A stretch of 64,000 nucleotides of DNA from Heptranchias perlo. Lineage: Eukaryota. A program made the translations under genes and the position numbers. Below are positions 61,366 through 64,000 of the stretch, in pieces. Every line of letters starts with the position of its first letter. Position 1 is the first letter of the stretch. The notes below the pieces were generated by a model that was given only the letters and a program-made list of their open reading frames with translations, was not told where the DNA came from and ran no database searches. The stretch lies in contig NC_090349.1 of assembly GCF_035084215.1 (NCBI RefSeq), positions 21,266,001 to 21,330,000 on the forward strand. The letters are read 5' to 3'.

Positions 61366-61492
61366 CACGCCACCAGATGTTTACCAAGCTTTCCTTCAGC
61401 TGATTATCCATCTGATGTGGAACCAGACACTAGAGAGATGGTCCGGCAACAGAATAAAAAGAAGAAGAAATCGGGAGGCTTTCAGTCCATGG
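61366..61492 (+). CDS. DDX54: DDX54 coding exon 2 ([43 protein letters not shown])
   Basis: TTTCACAG| acceptor and G|GTACAA donor. [26 protein letters not shown] is diagnostic of DDX54/Dbp10. Confidence 0.95.
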
Positions 61493-62720
61493 GTACAACC
61501 AGCAACTTCTGATACTTGAATTACTTTTTTGATTATTTTGACACTGCAGTCTTTGATAGCCCAGTTATAAGCCGAGTGCAACTTTTATTTCATGCTCTGT
61601 TTCTCCATATTGCATACAAAAACGCCTGTGCGCTACAACATTTTAAAAAAGTAATGTTGATTTTTCATGTCAGGGCTTCGTCTCATCAACATATGAGGTC
61701 TTTTCCATCAACCATAATATGCCATTAGCAAAAGCACAAATTAGTATTTCTTCTAACAAAAGCATTATGAAAACTTATTTATTGCAAATGCTGCTTTGTT
61801 TGATTTATCCTGAATTTTATTTTGTGTTCTATCTCATTGGCTTCAAGTCATTGGCAAGTGTATGTTCATCTTGTTTAAAACTATATACAACATAGGCAAC
61901 AGTTTTTGGATTTAAAATAACCCAAAACTGCTACTAGTTGTGTCGTTGCAAACTGGAGGTCAAGAAAAGTGCAGTCTTTAGATGAAACCGGCTTAGAGGG
62001 TGGAAAATAATTAGACTAAAGTGTGCAAATGTAATTCAATCCTTATTTTGAAATCATATATTTTGTCCTTAATTTTATGTAATACTTCGATTTTATATTA
62101 TTATTGATAAATAGCAAAACTTGTGGCAATTTGGGAAGCAGAGAAATAGAATAGGTTGGAGCACAGGAGTTTCTGTACAGAATAAGCTGAGGAGCATGGA
62201 AATGTACATTTGCTGCAAGTGCTGCAGAGCCATCACAGACAGAAGGGTGTAACTACAGCATGACAACTTTGCATTGATATGTCTACATCCTTAGTGGGAA
62301 CTAAGAATTAGATGTGATAACAGGAAGTAATGTCTTGTAGATAAGTGCATACAGATCTAAGAATTTGGATATATAGATGTGGCATGGAGACATGCTTAAT
62401 TTTCATAATCTGATTTCTTCTTTTCTTATACTCCACTTTGCTTTTTAGGGTAAAGGGCTTATTTTTGTACATTTTAAAATGCATCCTGTTAAAATATTTA
62501 CCTTTTTTGTCGTTGCTTTAGACATCCTCATCTGGTTTGCTGGTTAGTCTCATGCTGTCATGGTGAGTCATTGCAGAGAAGTTCTAGTAGTAGAACATGC
62601 AGACCATATACCACGACTGCAGCTACCAACAGAGGGTGTCATGCAGAAATGATATGTTGTTTAATATTTGTGCAAAATGGTTATCACAAAATTGATAATT
62701 GTTACTTTGTTTTTCCACAG

Positions 62721-62791
62721 GTTTAAGCTTTCCTGTTTTTAAAGGTATAATGAAGAAAGGATACAAAGTACCAACACCAATTCAAAGAAAG
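62721..62791 (+). CDS. DDX54: DDX54 coding exon 3 ([25 protein letters not shown] motif); the gene continues beyond the window
   Basis: TTTTTCCACAG| acceptor (phase 1) and AAG|GTAACT donor. Contains the DEAD-box Q motif GYKVPTPIQ. Confidence 0.95.
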
Positions 62792-63519
62792 GTAACTTAT
62801 AGTAGTGATAATGTTGAAAAAAACCTTTGCAACATAGATTGATTTTTGTCATAAATTAGCACATGCAGAAGAAACATTACCAGTAATGATGGGAAAACAT
62901 TTTAGTTTGTTTATTTATACTGCGCTAATAGCACCAAAATATTTTTACAATTATTGAGTTATTGGCTACAAAAATCAATCTGGTTGTCATTAAGAAGTTA
63001 CTAGATAAGAACTGTATATTTAATGTTTGTACATATACCGATACAGTGTATGATATATTCTATATTGAGGGTATCCTCAAATAACAGGAAATATGTAAAA
63101 TTAATATTTTTAATAGGGTTTTACATTTTTTTTGAAACTTTAAAAATCTGTAAACAGTTTTAACACTTTTTGTCAGGTTTATGTTTTGTTACTGTGACCT
63201 CAGTATCTCAGTCAAATCTCAGCTGTCAATCAGATTAACATAATCATAAATTATACTTTGCTTGCACCCTTCTTCCACCTCAGCAGAGATGGCAGGCAAC
63301 CAGTCTGCTCTCAGATCTGCATTAGCAGAGGTCTGAGCTAGCCACAAATAGGTGTGCAAGAGCAGTCTTGGCCAACTCCCCTGATAATTTCAGTGCTTTT
63401 TTTTATAATTCATGTAGGGAGATACCTCGCCAAAGAGCATCTTCACTGACAGCCCAGCTGTGATTGGCCGAACTGTCAATTTGAGAAAGAGAAGCAACTT
63501 AATCTTGACCAGAGAATTT

Positions 63520-63990
63520 TATGGGATTATACCAGAACTAAGAGGTTATGTGTATCAGGAAAGATTGAACAGGCTGGGGCTCTTTTCTCTAGACAAGAGA
63601 AGGCTGAGAGGTGACCTGATAGAGGTCTTTAAGATTATGAAAGGGTTTGATAGGGTATACGTAGAGAAGATGTTTGCACTTGTGGGGGAGACAAAAACTG
63701 GGGCCATAAATATAAGAAATTCACTAATAAATCCAGTAGGGAATTCAGGAGAAACTTCTTTACCCAGAGAGTCGTTAGAATGTGGAAGTTGCTACCACAT
63801 GGAGTAATTGAGGCGAATAGGACAGATGCATTTAAGAGGAAGCTAGATAAACACATGAGGGAGAAAGGAATAGAAGGTATGCTGATAGAGTTAGATGAAG
63901 AGGGGTTGGAGGAGGCTCGTTTGGAGCATAAACATTGGCATGGACCAGTTGGGTTGATTGGCCTGTTTCTGTGCTGTACATTCTATGTGG
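63520..63990 (+). mobile_element. CR1 3' fragment
   Basis: RRLRGDLIEVFKIMKGFDRV segment; 3' end GGCCTGTTTCTGTGCTGTACATTCTATG. Confidence 0.88.
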
Positions 63991-64000
63991 TTAAGATCCT

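Overview
This is vertebrate genomic DNA, most likely from a shark or other cartilaginous fish. That call rests on its CR1/L2 LINE, Deu-domain SINE and LF-SINE-like repeat content; the species cannot be determined. The window holds the syntenic block TPCN1(-, first coding exon only) / IQCD (DRC10)(+, complete CDS of 4 exons, 435 aa) / RITA1(-, complete CDS of 2 exons, 299 aa) / DDX54(+, first 3 coding exons). These form two head-to-head pairs on CpG-rich bidirectional promoters, with IQCD and RITA1 tail-to-tail. Exon boundaries were read by hand from GT/AG sites and frame continuity. Gene and repeat-family names come from recalled sequence similarity, not a database search. Most of the remaining sequence is nested retrotransposon debris. 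I found no convincing novel multi-gene system, CRISPR array or RNA gene. The best leads are: (1) a candidate alternative N-terminal or cassette exon of TPCN1 at 293-386, in the matching splice phase; (2) a 5.5-kb G4/Z-DNA-prone satellite just inside TPCN1 intron 1, with an ordered two-block higher-order structure; (3) three short segments apparently copied from nearby sequence; (4) a perfect DR2 element next to an RFX X-box in the TPCN1/IQCD promoter; (5) two SINE-LINE partner pairs visible within the window.
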